Assembly: GCA_030390025.1 (NCBI GenBank)
Contig: CM059432.1
Span: 10,230,001-10,294,000, forward strand
Direction: 5' to 3'
Length of the DNA: 64,000 bases
Origin: Squalus acanthias
Taxonomy: Eukaryota
The position numbers and the translations under genes are program-made. Below the pieces are notes generated by a model, which saw nothing but the letters and a program-made list of their open reading frames with translations, searched no databases and was not told the DNA's origin. Shown piece after piece: positions 1 to 11,847 of the stretch. Numbering within the stretch: the first letter of the stretch is position 1; each line of letters begins with the position of its first letter.

Positions 1-515
1 GAAGAGTGGCGGAGACAGGGGAGGAGGGCCCAAGAGGGGTAAAAAGAAGAGAAAGACAAAGGGAGAGTGAAGCAATGGGCTCGGGTCCAGAGCGGCAGCC
101 AAAATGCGCACGCGAATGGGCACAGAGGAAGATCAAGCATGGCAAAGATTGGGATAGATATAGCCTGGTATAAATGGAGAATAGGGAGGAGACAATAAGA
201 GAGAGTTAAATGTTAAAGTTAGAGGTCCCGTGGTAGAATGAAGTTAACTTGTGGATAGGGTGGAGTCAGCTTGGAGCATCGACGAACGGACGCCCAGGTT
301 CGGAGATGGGGGTGGAGGGCGAGTGAGCCCAGGAGCTCTTTGAGGGGAAGAATATCAGTGGGCGCACTGCTGGAGGTTTCCCCATGCAAATGTGGAGAAT
401 CGATCATGAGCCAGTATTAGGTTGATCCAGGGGTCCAGCGGAGATATGTAGAGGCCCCAGCGATTAGTAGTTCACACCAGCGGATCCCGTATACCAGCGG
501 AGGGATGAATGGTGT

Positions 516-893
516 CACCGTGGCTGCAGTGTGTACCATCTACAAGATGCACTGCAGCAACTCGCCAAGGCTTCTTCAGCAGCACCTCCCAAACCCACGA
601 TCTCTTCCACCTAGAAGGACAAGGGCAGCAGGCGCATGGGAACACCACCACCTCCAAGTTCCCCTCCAAGTCACACACCATCCTGACTTGGAAATATATC
701 GCCGATCCTTCATCATCGCTGGGTCAAAATCCTGGAACTCCCTCCCTAACAGCACTGTGGGAGTACCTTCACCACACGGACTGCAGCGGTTCAAGAAGGC
801 GGCTCACCACCACCTTCTCAAGGCAAATTAGGGATGGGCAATAAATGCTGGCCTTGCCAGCGACGCCCAGATCCTACGAACGAATTTAAAAAA
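516..893 (+). mobile_element. LINE-A (CR1-group LINE) 3' end, 5'-truncated
   Basis: C-terminal ORF ..RSFIIAGSKSWNSLP..LQRFKKAAHHHLLKAN*, then 3' stem-loop GGGATGGGC-AATAAAT-GCTGGC-CTT-GCCAGC-GAC-GCCC..ATCC and A-rich tail. The same end recurs several times in the window. Confidence 0.85.
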
Positions 894-1516
894 GCAACAA
901 TGGGAAGCAGACGGAAACCAGCAGAAAAGGTCATGTGGCACAGGTGGAGCTGGAGGGGAAACAGCAGGAACAGATCAGAGTTTGCTCAGCGTAGAGTAAA
1001 AATATTCCTGGCAGAGGAGCAGAAAAACTGAGGATGCAGCAACGGATCAGGTACGAGGATTGAGGCGGCCTAGCAGAGAATACAGACTCGGTGGGAAACG
1101 GCGGCCAAGTTGGAGGTCGCTAGAAGGGCCAGAAGTCAGCGGAGAGATGGACTTCGGCCCAGGAGAAAGTAGATGTCTGTCCAGGACCCACACAGCAGCA
1201 AAATAAAGCTGAGAAACCCAACAGTGCATTGAAGTACAGTCAGAAGCTCAGCAGGTAACAGCAGCTGGTGGGAGGTGGGCTGTTGGCTAGAAAACCTTAA
1301 AACTCGAAGCGAGTGAGCACCAGAGCAGCAGAGCCTTGCAGTGTAGTCGAGTAGAGCGGCCTAGTCCTGTTGGGAGAGGAATCCAGGATTTGGGAAGTCA
1401 AATTTGAGCATGGTTCCAGCCGTTGAAGAGAGCACAGTGAAATTGAAAAACAAGGAGGGTCACGGGATGGGCAGTGGCCTCTGCACAGGTAGTGGAAGAG
1501 AGGAGATTGGATGGAG

Positions 1517-2311
1517 TTATAAACATACAAACAATGACGGACAGGTAAAGACCATCTGGTCCATCCAGCCTGTCCCACACAATAGTGATACCTTGTGTGT
1601 CACAATATATACTCCCCACCCCACCCATGTGATGTCCTGGGAGAGGCGAAAAACCCAGATAAAAACCCAGGCCAATTTGGGGGGGAAATCTGGGGAATTC
1701 CTCTCCGACCCATCTAGGCGATCGAAACTAGTCCAGGAGATCGCTCTGGTCATGAATTCCCTGCAGTACCTACCTTCTGTAAGAGGTGATCTCCGCCCCA
1801 GCCAGAAACAGGTCCAGCTCTCGCTTGAAGGAATTCAGCGAATCAGCATCCTCCACACGAGACGGCAGCCTGTTCCAGAGGTCCACTATTCTCTGGGAAA
1901 AGAACCACCTCCTGACATCTAACCTAGCTCTGGCCTTACACAACTTAGAATTGTGACCCCTGGTCCTCCCTCACCTATTTATTGGAACAAACTGTCAACT
2001 GGAACACAATCTATTCCCTCCATTATCTTATAAACCTCAATCAGATCAACTCTAAGTCTACGCTTCTCTAAAGTGTAGAGTCCCAACTCTTTTAGCCTCT
2101 CTTGATAAATGAGATGCTTTAAACTGGGAATTAGGCTAGTGGCCCTCTTCTGTACCATTTCCAAAGCCTCAATATCACCCACCATGTGAGGAGACCAAAA
2201 CTGGACACAGTATTCCAAGTGAGGCTTGACCAAGGTCTTGTACAAGGACAAAATAGTAAGCCTCGTCTTATGATCAATTGTCCTATGAATGCACCCCAAC
2301 ACCCTATTCTC
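1517..2311 (-). mobile_element. CR1 LINE 3' part with long 3' UTR
   Basis: ORF 1979-2302 LYKTLVKPHLEYCVQFWSPH..LEKRRLRVDLIEVYKI (CR1 ORF2 C-terminus); terminal GGATGGACCAGATGGTCTT hairpin and TGTT/TATG-type tail. Confidence 0.85.
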
Positions 2312-2524
2312 TCTAGAGTTGAAGAGGAGAGGAGTTCAGTAAGGAGCTGTCAGCCCAGGAGCCATCAGTAACCCGCCTGATTTTCATTCCATTGGATTCT
2401 ATAAAGGATGGGGCGATCCGCTCCGCCAGATTGTCACCCAGAGGGTGTGGATGAAAATCTACCCCAGTATGTGTGAACAGGAAGAGGCTGAGCTGTGATG
2501 TCCTCCCCAGTCTAGCCTGCTGAT

Positions 2525-2951
2525 ATAGAAACATAGAATCTAGGAGCAGGAGTAGGCCATTCGGCCCATCGAGCCTGCTCCACCATTCAATACGATCATG
2601 GCTGATCATCCAAATCCAGTACCCTGTCCCTGCTTTAATCCCCACAGTACACATATCCCACCCTACCCCTGTAACCCCACGTATTTAAGTTCCCCTAACA
2701 TATCCCATCCTATCCCCATAACCCCACATATTTAACCCCCCCCTAACACTAAGGGTCAATTTATCATAGCCAAATCAACCTAACCCGCACATTTTTGGAC
2801 TGTGGGAGGAAACCGGAGCACCCGGAGGAAACCCACGCAGACACGGGGAGAATGTGCAAACTCCACACAGACAGTCACCCGAGGTCAGATTCGAACCTGG
2901 GTCCCTGGCGCTGTGAGGCACCAGTGCTAACCACTATGCCACCGATATGCC
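2525..2951 (-). mobile_element. HE1-type tRNA-derived V-SINE
   Basis: A box TGGCATAGTGG, B box GGTTCGAATC, V-domain GTGGAGTTTGCACATTCTCCCCGTGTCTGCGTGGGTTTCCTCCGG, and HER1/CR1 tail ..GGCCTACTCCTGCTCCT..TTCTATGTTTCTAT. Confidence 0.9.
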
Positions 2952-3029
2952 TTGCCTGGGCTCATGGATGAAGAACAGCTACTTAGGGCGAGGTACTGTA
3001 GGGCTGTGGAACTATAGCCCAGCAAGAAC

Positions 3030-3890
3030 GTTACATAGAATTACATAGAATTTACAGCACAGAAACAGACCAGTCTATGCCGGTGTTTATGCTCCACTCG
3101 AGCCTCCTCCCACTCTATTTACTTCTTCTCACTCTGTCGACATATCCTTCTATTCCTTTCTCCCTCATATACTTACCTAGTGTCTCCTTAAATACATCTA
3201 TGCCAATCACCTCAACCACTCCATGTGGGAGCGAGTTCCACATTCGCACCATTCTCCTGGTAACAACAACAACTTGTATTTATAGAGCGCCTTTAACATA
3301 GTAAAACACCTCAAGGTGCTTCACAGGAGCGATTATCAAACAAAATTTCACACCGAGCCACAAATAGGAGATGTTAGGGCAGATGGCCATAAGCTTGGTC
3401 AAAGAGGTAGGTTTTGAGGAGCGTCTTAAAGGAGGAAAGAGAGGCAGAGAGGCTTAGGGAGGGAATTCCAGAGCTTAGGGCCCAGGCAGCTGAAGGCACG
3501 GCCGCCAATGGTTGAGCGATTATAATCAGGGATGTTCAAGAGGCCTGAATTAGAGGAGCGCAGATATCTCGGGGGGGGGGGGGGGGGTTGTGGGGCTGAA
3601 GGAGATTGCAGAGATAGGGAGGGCCGAGGCCATGGAGGGATTTGAAAACATGGATGAGAATTTTGAAATCGAGGCGTTGCTTAACCGGGAGCCAATGTAG
3701 GCCAGCAAGCACAGGGGTGATGGGTGAACGGGACTTGGTGCGAGTTAGTTGTTGTTACGGAACCAAGGCAAGTAGATGGAGTTAAGATACGGCTGAAGGC
3801 ACAGCCTCCAATGGTTGAGCAATTAAATTTTCTCCTGAATTCCTTATTGGATTTATTGGTGACCATCTTATATTTATGGTCCCTAGTTTT
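3030..3890 (-). mobile_element. CR1 LINE 3' end interrupted by an L2 insertion
   Basis: (AATTCTATGT)n tail at 3030-3055; CR1 3' sequence 3055-3262 resumes at about 3826 (TTCTCCTGAATTCCTTATTGG), collinear with the copy at 18488-19135. Confidence 0.75.
3262..3750 (-). mobile_element. L2 LINE 3' end
   Basis: Minus strand encodes LHWLP..FKIL..GGRAFSCLGPKLWNSLP..FKTLLKT and ends GGCGCTCTATAAATACAAGTTGTTGTTG. Confidence 0.85.
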
Positions 3891-4186
3891 GCCCCATGAC
3901 CAGTGCCTTTAGGAGAGATAAGGGAGAAAATAGGGAGAAGGGGAATGTTTGTTGTTATTTCAACTGAAGAGCTTTCAGCTCTTGTTCATGTATCCATATT
4001 TAACAATGTATTGCATTCATCTGGAAAACAAAATTAATCATTCTCATAAAAATTATGCAAAAATTAATTACAGTTACAAAAAAGAGAAATTGCTAACAAA
4101 ATTCGATTAACAAAGTGAAAATGGCTTAAATGCGGGTGGTCCTGCCCTTCCAGCGCTGTGGATGTCATATTTGTTGAACATTAAAA

Positions 4187-4578
4187 AGAAAAAAAAGACT
4201 TGCATTTATATAGCGCCTTTCACAACCGCAGGACGTCCCAAAGCGCTTCACAGCCAATGAAGTACTTTTGAAGTGTAGTCACTGTTGTAATGTAGGAAAT
4301 GCGGCAGCCAATTTGCACACAGCAAGATCCCACAAACAGCAATGTGATAAATGACCAGATAATCTGTTTTTGTTATGTTGGTTGAGGGATAAATATTGGC
4401 CAGGACACCAGGGATAACTCCCCTGCTCTTCTTCGAAATAGTGCCGCGGGATCTTTTACATCCACCTGAGAGAGCAGACGGGGCCTCGGTTTAACGTCTC
4501 ATCCGAAAGACGGCACCTCCAACAGTGCAGCCCTGGGAGTGTCAGCCTAGATTTTTGTGCTCAAGTCTCTGGAGTGGG
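4187..4578 (-). mobile_element. SacSINE1-type DeuSINE, head missing
   Basis: Deu-domain GTGCCGTCTTTCGGATGAGACGTTAAACCGAGG..AAAGATCCC..GGTGTCCTGGCCAA and L2-like tail GGCGCTATATAAATGCAAGTCTTT. Confidence 0.85.
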
Positions 4579-5564
4579 TAAAACAGTGAGGTCAATGATG
4601 GCCATGCCATGGTAAACTTTGGTACCTTTACACATGACGGTGGTACCGCAGATTGCTGAATGTGATCAATGATTTAAAAACCCGACACCACCCCTCCCCC
4701 TCCCACCCACCCCCCCGCCAAACTCAGAAATGGACATATTTCAAGTGGCAAACATTGTTAATCAGTGTCAGGGAAACACATGCAACACAGGGGCTGTCAG
4801 AAGCATAATAATTCACCAGAACTCTGCAGCTTCACCTCCTCATTGGCAATAAACAAAGACTAATTTACCCTGAGGGACCCTAACCAGGTTCCTTTAATAA
4901 GAGTTATGGATCCTAAACGGTACATAAAAGAAGGAGATGATAGCTCCGTCGGACAGGACGCGATTCTCCGGTGAGAAATTGTTGTCTTATTGCTCATAGA
5001 AGCAAAACATGTGGATAATGTCATCTGCTGGAAAAATGGTATTTAGGTAACCTTGGAAGTTTAAAAAAACTGGTCACAAAGCAATCATTTTTCGTAATGT
5101 GTGACCATAACCGTGGAGCGTCTTGCGGAAATGGGACATGTTTATCTGTTAGCACTTGGAGGTATGCCAGGGGCAGAGAGATGGAATGTTGTGTCTCATT
5201 CCGCATCATGCATGTTCCCCAAGATGTGCAAGGGTCATTCCAGGTGGATTTCCTCCCTGCCCCCAGTTTTTCTGACCTGAGAATTGTGTGGAAAATATCC
5301 TGGGAGACTCATACTTCAATTTTTACTTCCCTCTCACTGGAAAATTATTTGTCTGATACACTCGGGATTAGGAAATGACTGGAGTGGGAAATTACTGGCA
5401 TCAGTCTGCTAGATGGCCGAAGGACATTGCCATGAAGTGGGACTACAGACACAAAAGAAACAATGTTTTCCCTCTCTTGCTTATTGAATCATGGCTTATC
5501 CACTGTTCTTCAACTCTCACATTGGTCAGGTGCTCGATATATATATATATATATACTGAGATAT

Positions 5565-5728
5565 GATATTTTAAAATTCTCATCCTGGTGTTCAAATCAC
5601 TCCATGGCCTCGTCTTTCCCTATCTCTGTAACCTCCTTCAGCCCTACAACCCTCCGAGATCTCTGCGCTCCTCCAATTCTGGTCTCATGTGCATCCCCCG
5701 ATTTTCATCGCTCCACCACTGGCGGCCG
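5565..5728 (+). mobile_element. L2 LINE fragment
   Basis: FKILILVFKSLHGLVFPYLCNLLQPYNPPRSLRSSNSGL. Confidence 0.8.
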
Positions 5729-5751
5729 TTGTGGTTTCATCACTGCTTCGT

Positions 5752-6121
5752 AAAAAGAAAGACTCGCATTTCTATAGCGCCTTTCACGACCTCAGGACGT
5801 CCCAAGGCGCTTTACAGTCAATTAAGTACTTTTGAAGTGTAGTCACTGTTGTAATGTAGGAAAACGCAGCAGCCAATTTGCACACAGCAAGGTCCCACAA
5901 ACAGCAATGTGATAATGACCAGATAATCTGTTTTTAGTGATGTGGATTGAGGGATGAATATTGGCCAGGACACCGGGGATAACTCCCCATCTCTTCGAAA
6001 TAGTGCCATGGGAACTTTTACATCCACCTGAGAGAGCAGACGGGGCCTTGGTTTAACGTCTCATCCGAAAGACGGCACCTCTGACAGTGCAGCACTCCCT
6101 CAGCACTGCACTGAAGTGTCA
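5752..6121 (-). mobile_element. SacSINE1-type DeuSINE, 5'-truncated
   Basis: Same Deu-domain and tail as the other copies. Confidence 0.85.
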
Positions 6122-6474
6122 TGCCTCTTCCCAACAGTACATCCTCTCACCCAGCATGAGCAATGCCATGGGAGATCTGCTTGTACTAAGAGAAGACGTT
6201 CACTATTTTCCTTACAGCAGCTGCCACTGTCTTTCTGACATTAGGACAGGTAGCATGTCAATATTTACGAGCCTGTCAATATTTGCCACTGACCCCCTGA
6301 GATTGTGTCAATAGTTGCAAGGGGATTCTTGACATGGAAAAGTTTAAAGAATTAATTTAGTTAGTAGGAGTCTGAATTTTCAATCTGTAATTTAGCCCAG
6401 CTGTAGTGAATTTCTGAAGATGGCATACAAACCAATTAAGCTGATTATTTGGAGAGCGGATGATAAAAGAAGAA

Positions 6475-7062
6475 GGGCTGGATTTTCATTGACCCGTGGA
6501 GGCGGGATTGGAGGCGTGTGGGGGGTTAAAATTGCGAAAAATGGCGGGCGGGCACAAGCCCGCCTCCACGCAATTTTCATTAAATCGTGTCTGCTGGTCC
6601 CGACTCCATCCTGCCTCTAAGAGGCGGGATAGGCTGTTAAGGCCCTTAACAAGCACTAAATTGCCTCTATAATGCCATTTTGAAAGGCCTTTGTGATTTT
6701 AACCCTTGTTCTAGGTGAAGCACGCTGGCTGGCTATGGGGATGGATGTATATATGGATGGAGAGGAGACATATCTGGGAGTGGTGGTGTAAAAATATCTG
6801 GGAGCAGACTTAGGACTGCTGCTGCTCATTTTGCAGGTCCTCTCACAGCAAAGGCCAGGCAGTCTTTGAAGACCTTCAATGCAGCAGCAATGATGACATC
6901 ATCAGAGGCGACTTTCAGACTGAAAACACTAATTGGTTCATGGGTTCCCACATGCTGGAACTCAATTGCCCAATTAGGTGAAAATTGAATCAATCTCCCA
7001 CATCCAATTGCAGTCGGGTGGAGGACACGACCCCAACCCGCCCCAGTATCAAAATCCAGCCC
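6475..7062. mobile_element. Non-autonomous DNA transposon (PIF/Harbinger-type MITE)
   Basis: Perfect 12-bp TIRs GGGCTGGATTTT (6475-6486) / AAAATCCAGCCC (7051-7062); GAA directly on both flanks (3-bp TSD, within a GAAGAA context). Confidence 0.8.
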
Positions 7063-7080
7063 GAAGAATTGGTTTTCGAA

Positions 7081-7379
7081 TACATTTACATCGAATTTAC
7101 AGCACAGAACCAGACCATTCGGCCCAACTGGTCTATGCCTCGTCTATGCTCCACACAAGCTCCTCCCACCCTACTCCATCTAACTCTATCAGCATAACGT
7201 ATTCCTTTCTCCCTCATCTAGCATCCCCTTAAATGCATCTATGCTATTCGCCTCAACCACTCCCTGTGGTAGTGAGTTCCTCATTCTAACCACTCTCTGG
7301 GTAAAGAGGTTCCTCCTGAATTCCTGATTGGATTTATCCAGAGAGTGGTTCGAATGTGAAACTTGCTACCACAGGGAGT
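7081..7379 (-). mobile_element. CR1 LINE 3' end with an inverted duplication at its 5' junction
   Basis: Same subfamily as 3030 and 18488; 7333-7379 is the reverse complement of about 7259-7306. Confidence 0.75.
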
Positions 7380-8173
7380 CCCTGCATATTATTCTTGTGT
7401 TGGGGATGTGAGCTGTGCTCAATAACTTAGACTTTCATACTATCAGGCTTAATGCCTTCATCAGTGATTATATCACTAGCAAATGCCATCTCAGTGACTC
7501 CAAATTCACGTTTCCAATTATTCCGTTGCTAGTTAATTCTTCAAGTAACTTTAGGCACCTTCAAAATTCTGATGTTTTTTTAACGTGTTTTTTTTTATTG
7601 GATTCTCAAGAAGCTACATTCACATAAATATTTTATAATAGTTGGAGAGTCCTGGCTTCTATTTCAACTCTCCAGGCTACAGTCACATGGGTCTGGACTG
7701 CCAAGTGGCTGAAAGGTGGGAAACCAAGACTAGATCCCCACCCTCCACCCCATCCCTTGTTTTAGAAGGAGTTTGAGGCATATTTGTAGCTTTTTGTCCA
7801 GTCAGAGGAACTTGGAGATGCGACTGTCCAAGGCTGCAGAATTGCAGTGTTGGTAACCTTGACAGGCTGTAGCTGAAGTAGGTAGAGGATGCGGAGGGGG
7901 GGGAGAATATTCATCTTTATGGTATTCACGCTACCCAAGTGTGATATTTACGGTTATTTCACCTGGTTGGGTCGATGTGTATGCTGGTTAGGAGGGGCGG
8001 AGTTTCTTCTTTACAGTTTCTGTGTGGCACCAAGGAATCCAAGAGTGGGCCTTGACCATCCAGCCAGGCAGGATTCCCCAGATTTGTTTTGTGGCCGTCC
8101 TTTGTGACGGGACAGCTCCCTGAATTAGAGAAATTAAATTTCTAACTGAAGTGTCACTCAAGTTCTTTGATTA

Positions 8174-8592
8174 GGGGATACGGTAGCATAGTGGTTATGT
8201 TACTGGATTAGTAATCCAGAGGCCCTGGACTAGTGATCCGGAGACGTGCGTTCACAATCTCACCACGGCAGCTGGGAGAATTTAAATTCAATTAATTAAA
8301 TAAACCTGGAATAAAAAGCTAGCATCAGTAATCATGACCATGAAACTACCGGATTGTCGTAAAAACCCATCTGGTTCACTAATATCCTTCAGGGAAGGAG
8401 ATCTGCCGTCCTTACTCGATCTGGCCTATATGTGACTCCAGACCCACAGCAATGTGACTGACGCTTAACTGCCCTCTGGAATGCCACTTATTCAAGAAGG
8501 TAGCTCACCACCACCTTCTCGAGGGAAATTAGGGATGGGCAATAAATGCTGGCCTTGCCAGCGACTCCCACATTCCGTGTATGGATAAAAAA
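8174..8592 (+). mobile_element. tRNA-headed element with LINE-A tail (SINE or internally deleted LINE), copy 1
   Basis: A box TAGCATAGTGG, duplicated anticodon-like arm CTGGATTAGTAATCCAG / CTGGACTAGTGATCCGG, degenerate B box, body shared with 13525 and 56395, and about 100 bp of LINE-A 3' end from about 8491. Confidence 0.85.
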
Positions 8593-8694
8593 TATATATT
8601 TTGAAAGGTGCCGGGGATAAAGTGCTTGGGTTGATTATGTTTGGCAGCATGCCATCAGCACACAGGGATCTTGTGATATATTTCTAGAGCTAAA

Positions 8695-9203
8695 GTAAAC
8701 TTGAGCTCATCCAAAACTCTGCCGCCCTACCCTAACTCGCTCCAAGTCCTGTTCACCCATCACCCCTGTGCTCGCTGACCTACACTGGCTCCCAGTCTGG
8801 CAACACCTTGATTTTAAAATTCTCATCCTTGTTTTCAAATCTCTCCATGGCCTCTCCCCCTCCCTATCTCTGTAACCTCCTCCAGCCCCACAACCCTCAG
8901 AGATCTCTGCGCTCCTCCAATTCTGGCCTCTTGCGCATTCCCGATTTTAATCACTCCACCATTGGCGGCCGTGCCTTCAGCTGCTTTGGCCCGAAGCTCT
9001 GGAATTCCCTCCCTAAACCGCTCCTCCTCTCCACCTCTCTCTCCTCCTTTAAGACGCTTCTTAAAACCTACCACTTTGACCAAGCTTTAAGTCATCTGTC
9101 CTAATATCTCCTTATGTGGCTCGGTGTCAAATTTTGTTTGATAACGCTCCTGTGAAGCACCTTGGGACGTGAAAGACGCTATATAAATACAAGTTGTTAT
9201 TGT
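8695..9203 (+). mobile_element. L2 LINE 3' end
   Basis: ..PYLCNLLQPHNPQRSLRSSNSGLLRIP..GGRAFSCFGPKLWNSLP..FKTLLKTYHFDQA; tail CGCTATATAAATACAAGTTGTT. Confidence 0.9.
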
Positions 9204-9559
9204 TTCTGTTGTCGAAATGCTGAGAGGAAACAATAAGAATCTGTACTTTCCATTAGCAGTACTGAATGTGCATAACTTGGAACTTAATTCATTCAGTTCC
9301 TGCTGCCAGGCCCTTGAAAATGCATTTAAATTGCTAAATATTTTGCAGGATCAAACTTTCCCATGATTTCCCGTTGAGTTAGAAGTTTGAAATGTTTGCT
9401 TCTTAAAGTGCTTTTTTGTTTAGGTTTCTAAGATGCAACCAAAGTTATAATTTGCTACACCGTGCCTTTTGTCAACACTTACTCATGAGTTCATTGTATT
9501 GGTTTGCGTATTTTCGTTATCGCCTTTAAATCCTCCACGGTGGATCGATGGGGTAATTT

Positions 9560-10420
9560 GTTTATCAATCTAATCCAACGTTCCCCCCCGCCCCGGCAGA
9601 CAGTCCAGTCCTTGAAACAGGTCCTTGTAGTCCTGTGTGAGTGTTCCGCATTCTGTGTCAGTTTGGGCCTTCACTGCGCAGGTTATTTTGACCAGTTCAA
9701 GTCCCTCAGCTAAAACTGTCTGTACATCTTTTCTTCTTCTTAGGCAGTCCCTCAGAACCGAGGATGACTTGCTTCCACATTAAAAATGAGTTCTCAGGTG
9801 ACTGATGAGTCCAATGCGGGACCTACAGTCTCTGTCACAAGGTGGGACAGACGGTGGTTGAAGGGGCGGGTGGGTGGGGTGCTTGGGTTGACGTGCGCTG
9901 TTTGCGCTTGGCTTCCCGCTTGCTCCCGGCGAAGAGACTCGAGGTGTTCGGTACCTTCGCCGGATTCTTCTCCTCCACTTTGAGCAGTCTTGGGCCAGGG
10001 ATTCCCAGGTGTCGGTGGGGATGTTGCACTTTTTGGACATCTTTTGGAACCTCTACAAATGACCACTGGTATTTGGTGCCCTCCTATGTGATGCTGGCAA
10101 CTGTCACTCCATGTCTACTCCTAATTGTCCTGTCACTTTCACCCTAAGACTGCTGTAATTAAAGCCTTTAGTCTCTTGCAATCTTGCTCAGGTATTACAT
10201 TCAATTATGTTCCTGTATCGAGTTTTAATCATATGACTGTTTCAAACACCACCAACAGTAGCATCCTATCTCTATCATTTGCTTATATCCATAAATAATT
10301 CTTCAAATAGCTTTTCTTCTAAAGTTCGCACTTAATTTTGCTTCTTTTGTGACTTGTAAAATCATGCGTAATGAATATTTTTTTGTCACATTTCATGTAT
10401 GCGTTCCCAAAGCAGCCTTT
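9560..10420 (-). mobile_element. Decayed Ty3/Gypsy gag-protease-RT junction fossil
   Basis: Manual minus-strand translation, with stops and frameshifts: knuckle remnant FGNAYMKCDKK-HYA, acidic linker VRTLEEKLFEELFMDI, protease KLDTGT*LNVIPEQDCKRLK, KYQWSFVEVPK|DVQTVL across the RTE insertion, then YKDLFQGLDCLPG..IDKQITP. Confidence 0.75.
9733..10036 (-). mobile_element. RTE-clade LINE 3' end with 9-bp TSD
   Basis: C-terminus WESLAQDCSKWRR..CDRDCRSRIGLISHLRTHF*, tail GGGACTGCCTAAGAAGAAG; ACATCTTTT at 9724-9732 and 10037-10045. Confidence 0.9.
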
Positions 10421-11099
10421 CACTCAGCGAATGATCTGATATCTTACAAATTATTCTGACCTTGATCAATGATTCTGTTAGTTCAACAAATTGACAAGTC
10501 TTGCTGTGAGTTGTTTAATGTAGTTACACATGTTGATATAATAAGGGGAGAAATTAAACAATCCTTTTCGCATGATTCTGGCAGAATCCTGGCAGCTGGT
10601 CAGAACATGCGGCGGAGCCAGGTTCTGCCAGGTGCTGTTCCGCCCCTTCTGAATGGCGCAACAAATTGGGCGGGCACTTCTCCCGTCTGCCCTTCACACC
10701 CTGGCAGCAGGTTCGGGGCACGTCCGAGAACATTCTTGGGCTGTCCCGGGAATCCTTCCAGACACACAATACCAATTGGCCCAGTGGAACGTATTGTCTG
10801 CTGAGTGACTCAATCTTGGGCTTCTGGTTGGTGCCACAGTTACCAAAGCAAATTGCAACGGATCCACGAGGGATCACTTTACATCGAAAGAAAGGTCTGA
10901 CGTCGCTGGAGATCGGCAAGTTAAAAAAAAAACTCTTGCCTTACCTTCTTCGGCCCAAGCAGCCTCTCAGAGCGGCAGGGTCTCCAAGCAGAAGATGACC
11001 AGAAAGACATGTGAGCCTAGATGTTCTGCCCCTACGCTGCTGGTTTTTCACTGACAATGGAATGATCCTGGGTGGGAAATGGGTTGGTGCTCCCTATCT

Positions 11100-11286
11100 C
11101 TGTAACTTTCCCTTTATTCTTGCCTACTCCCCTTCCCTTCCTTTTCCCTGCACCTGTACTTGCTTAAAACCTGTTACATCTGTAGCTTTTTCCAGTACTG
11201 ACGAAGGGTCATCGACCTGAAACGTTAACTCTGTTTCTCTCTCCACAGATGCTGCCTGACCTGCTGAGTATTTCCAGCATTTTCTG
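11100..11286 (+). mobile_element. Penelope-like element terminal fragment
   Basis: Homologous to 31440-31590, which follows a GIY-YIG-type C-terminus. Confidence 0.75.
11193..11230 (+). ncRNA. Minimal type I hammerhead ribozyme motif (PLE-associated)
   Basis: CTGACGA (11198-11204), stem II AGGGTC-ATC-GACCT, GAA-ACGT-T, AACT; stem I has a mismatch next to the core. Confidence 0.6.
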
Positions 11287-11846
11287 GTCATAAATATAAG
11301 AGAGTCACTAACAAATCCAATTGGGAATTCAGCAGAAACTTCTTTGCTCAGAGAGTGGTGAGAACGTGGAACTCGCTACCACAAGGAGTAGTTGAGGCGA
11401 ATAGCATAGATGCATTTAATGGGTAGCCAGATAAACACATGAGGGAGAAAGGAATAGAAGGATATGGTGATAGGGTGAGATGAAGTAGGGTGGGAGGAGG
11501 CTCGTGTGGAGCACCTCCCAAACCCCCGGCCTCTTCCACCCAGAAGGACAAGGGCAGCAGGCGCATGGGAACTCCACCACCTCTGAGTTCCCCTCCAAGT
11601 CACACACCATCCTGACTTGGAAGTATATCGCCGATCCTTCATCGTCGCTGGGTCAAAATCCTGGAACTCCCTCCCTAACAGCACTGTGGGAGTACCTTCA
11701 CCACACGGACTGCAGCGGTTCAAGAAGGTGACTCACCACCACCTCCTCAAGGGCAATTAGGGATGGGCTATAAATGCTGGCCTTGCCAGCGATGCCCACA
11801 TCCCATCAACGAATAAAAAAAAGCATAAATACCGGCATGGACCAGT
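11287..11846 (+). mobile_element. CR1 LINE 3' end interrupted by LINE-A
   Basis: ..FSRNFFAQRVVRTWNSLPQGVVEA..; breaks at GTGTGGAGCA (about 11512) and resumes AGCATAAATACCGGCATGG (11822). Confidence 0.8.
11510..11821 (+). mobile_element. LINE-A 3' end
   Basis: Same ORF end, stem-loop and A tail as 516-893. Confidence 0.85.
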
Positions 11847-11847
11847 T

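Noticed and set aside
8174..8270. tRNA genes (also at the HE1 and DeuSINE heads)
   Set aside because: No acceptor stem or terminator; each continues into a SINE body.
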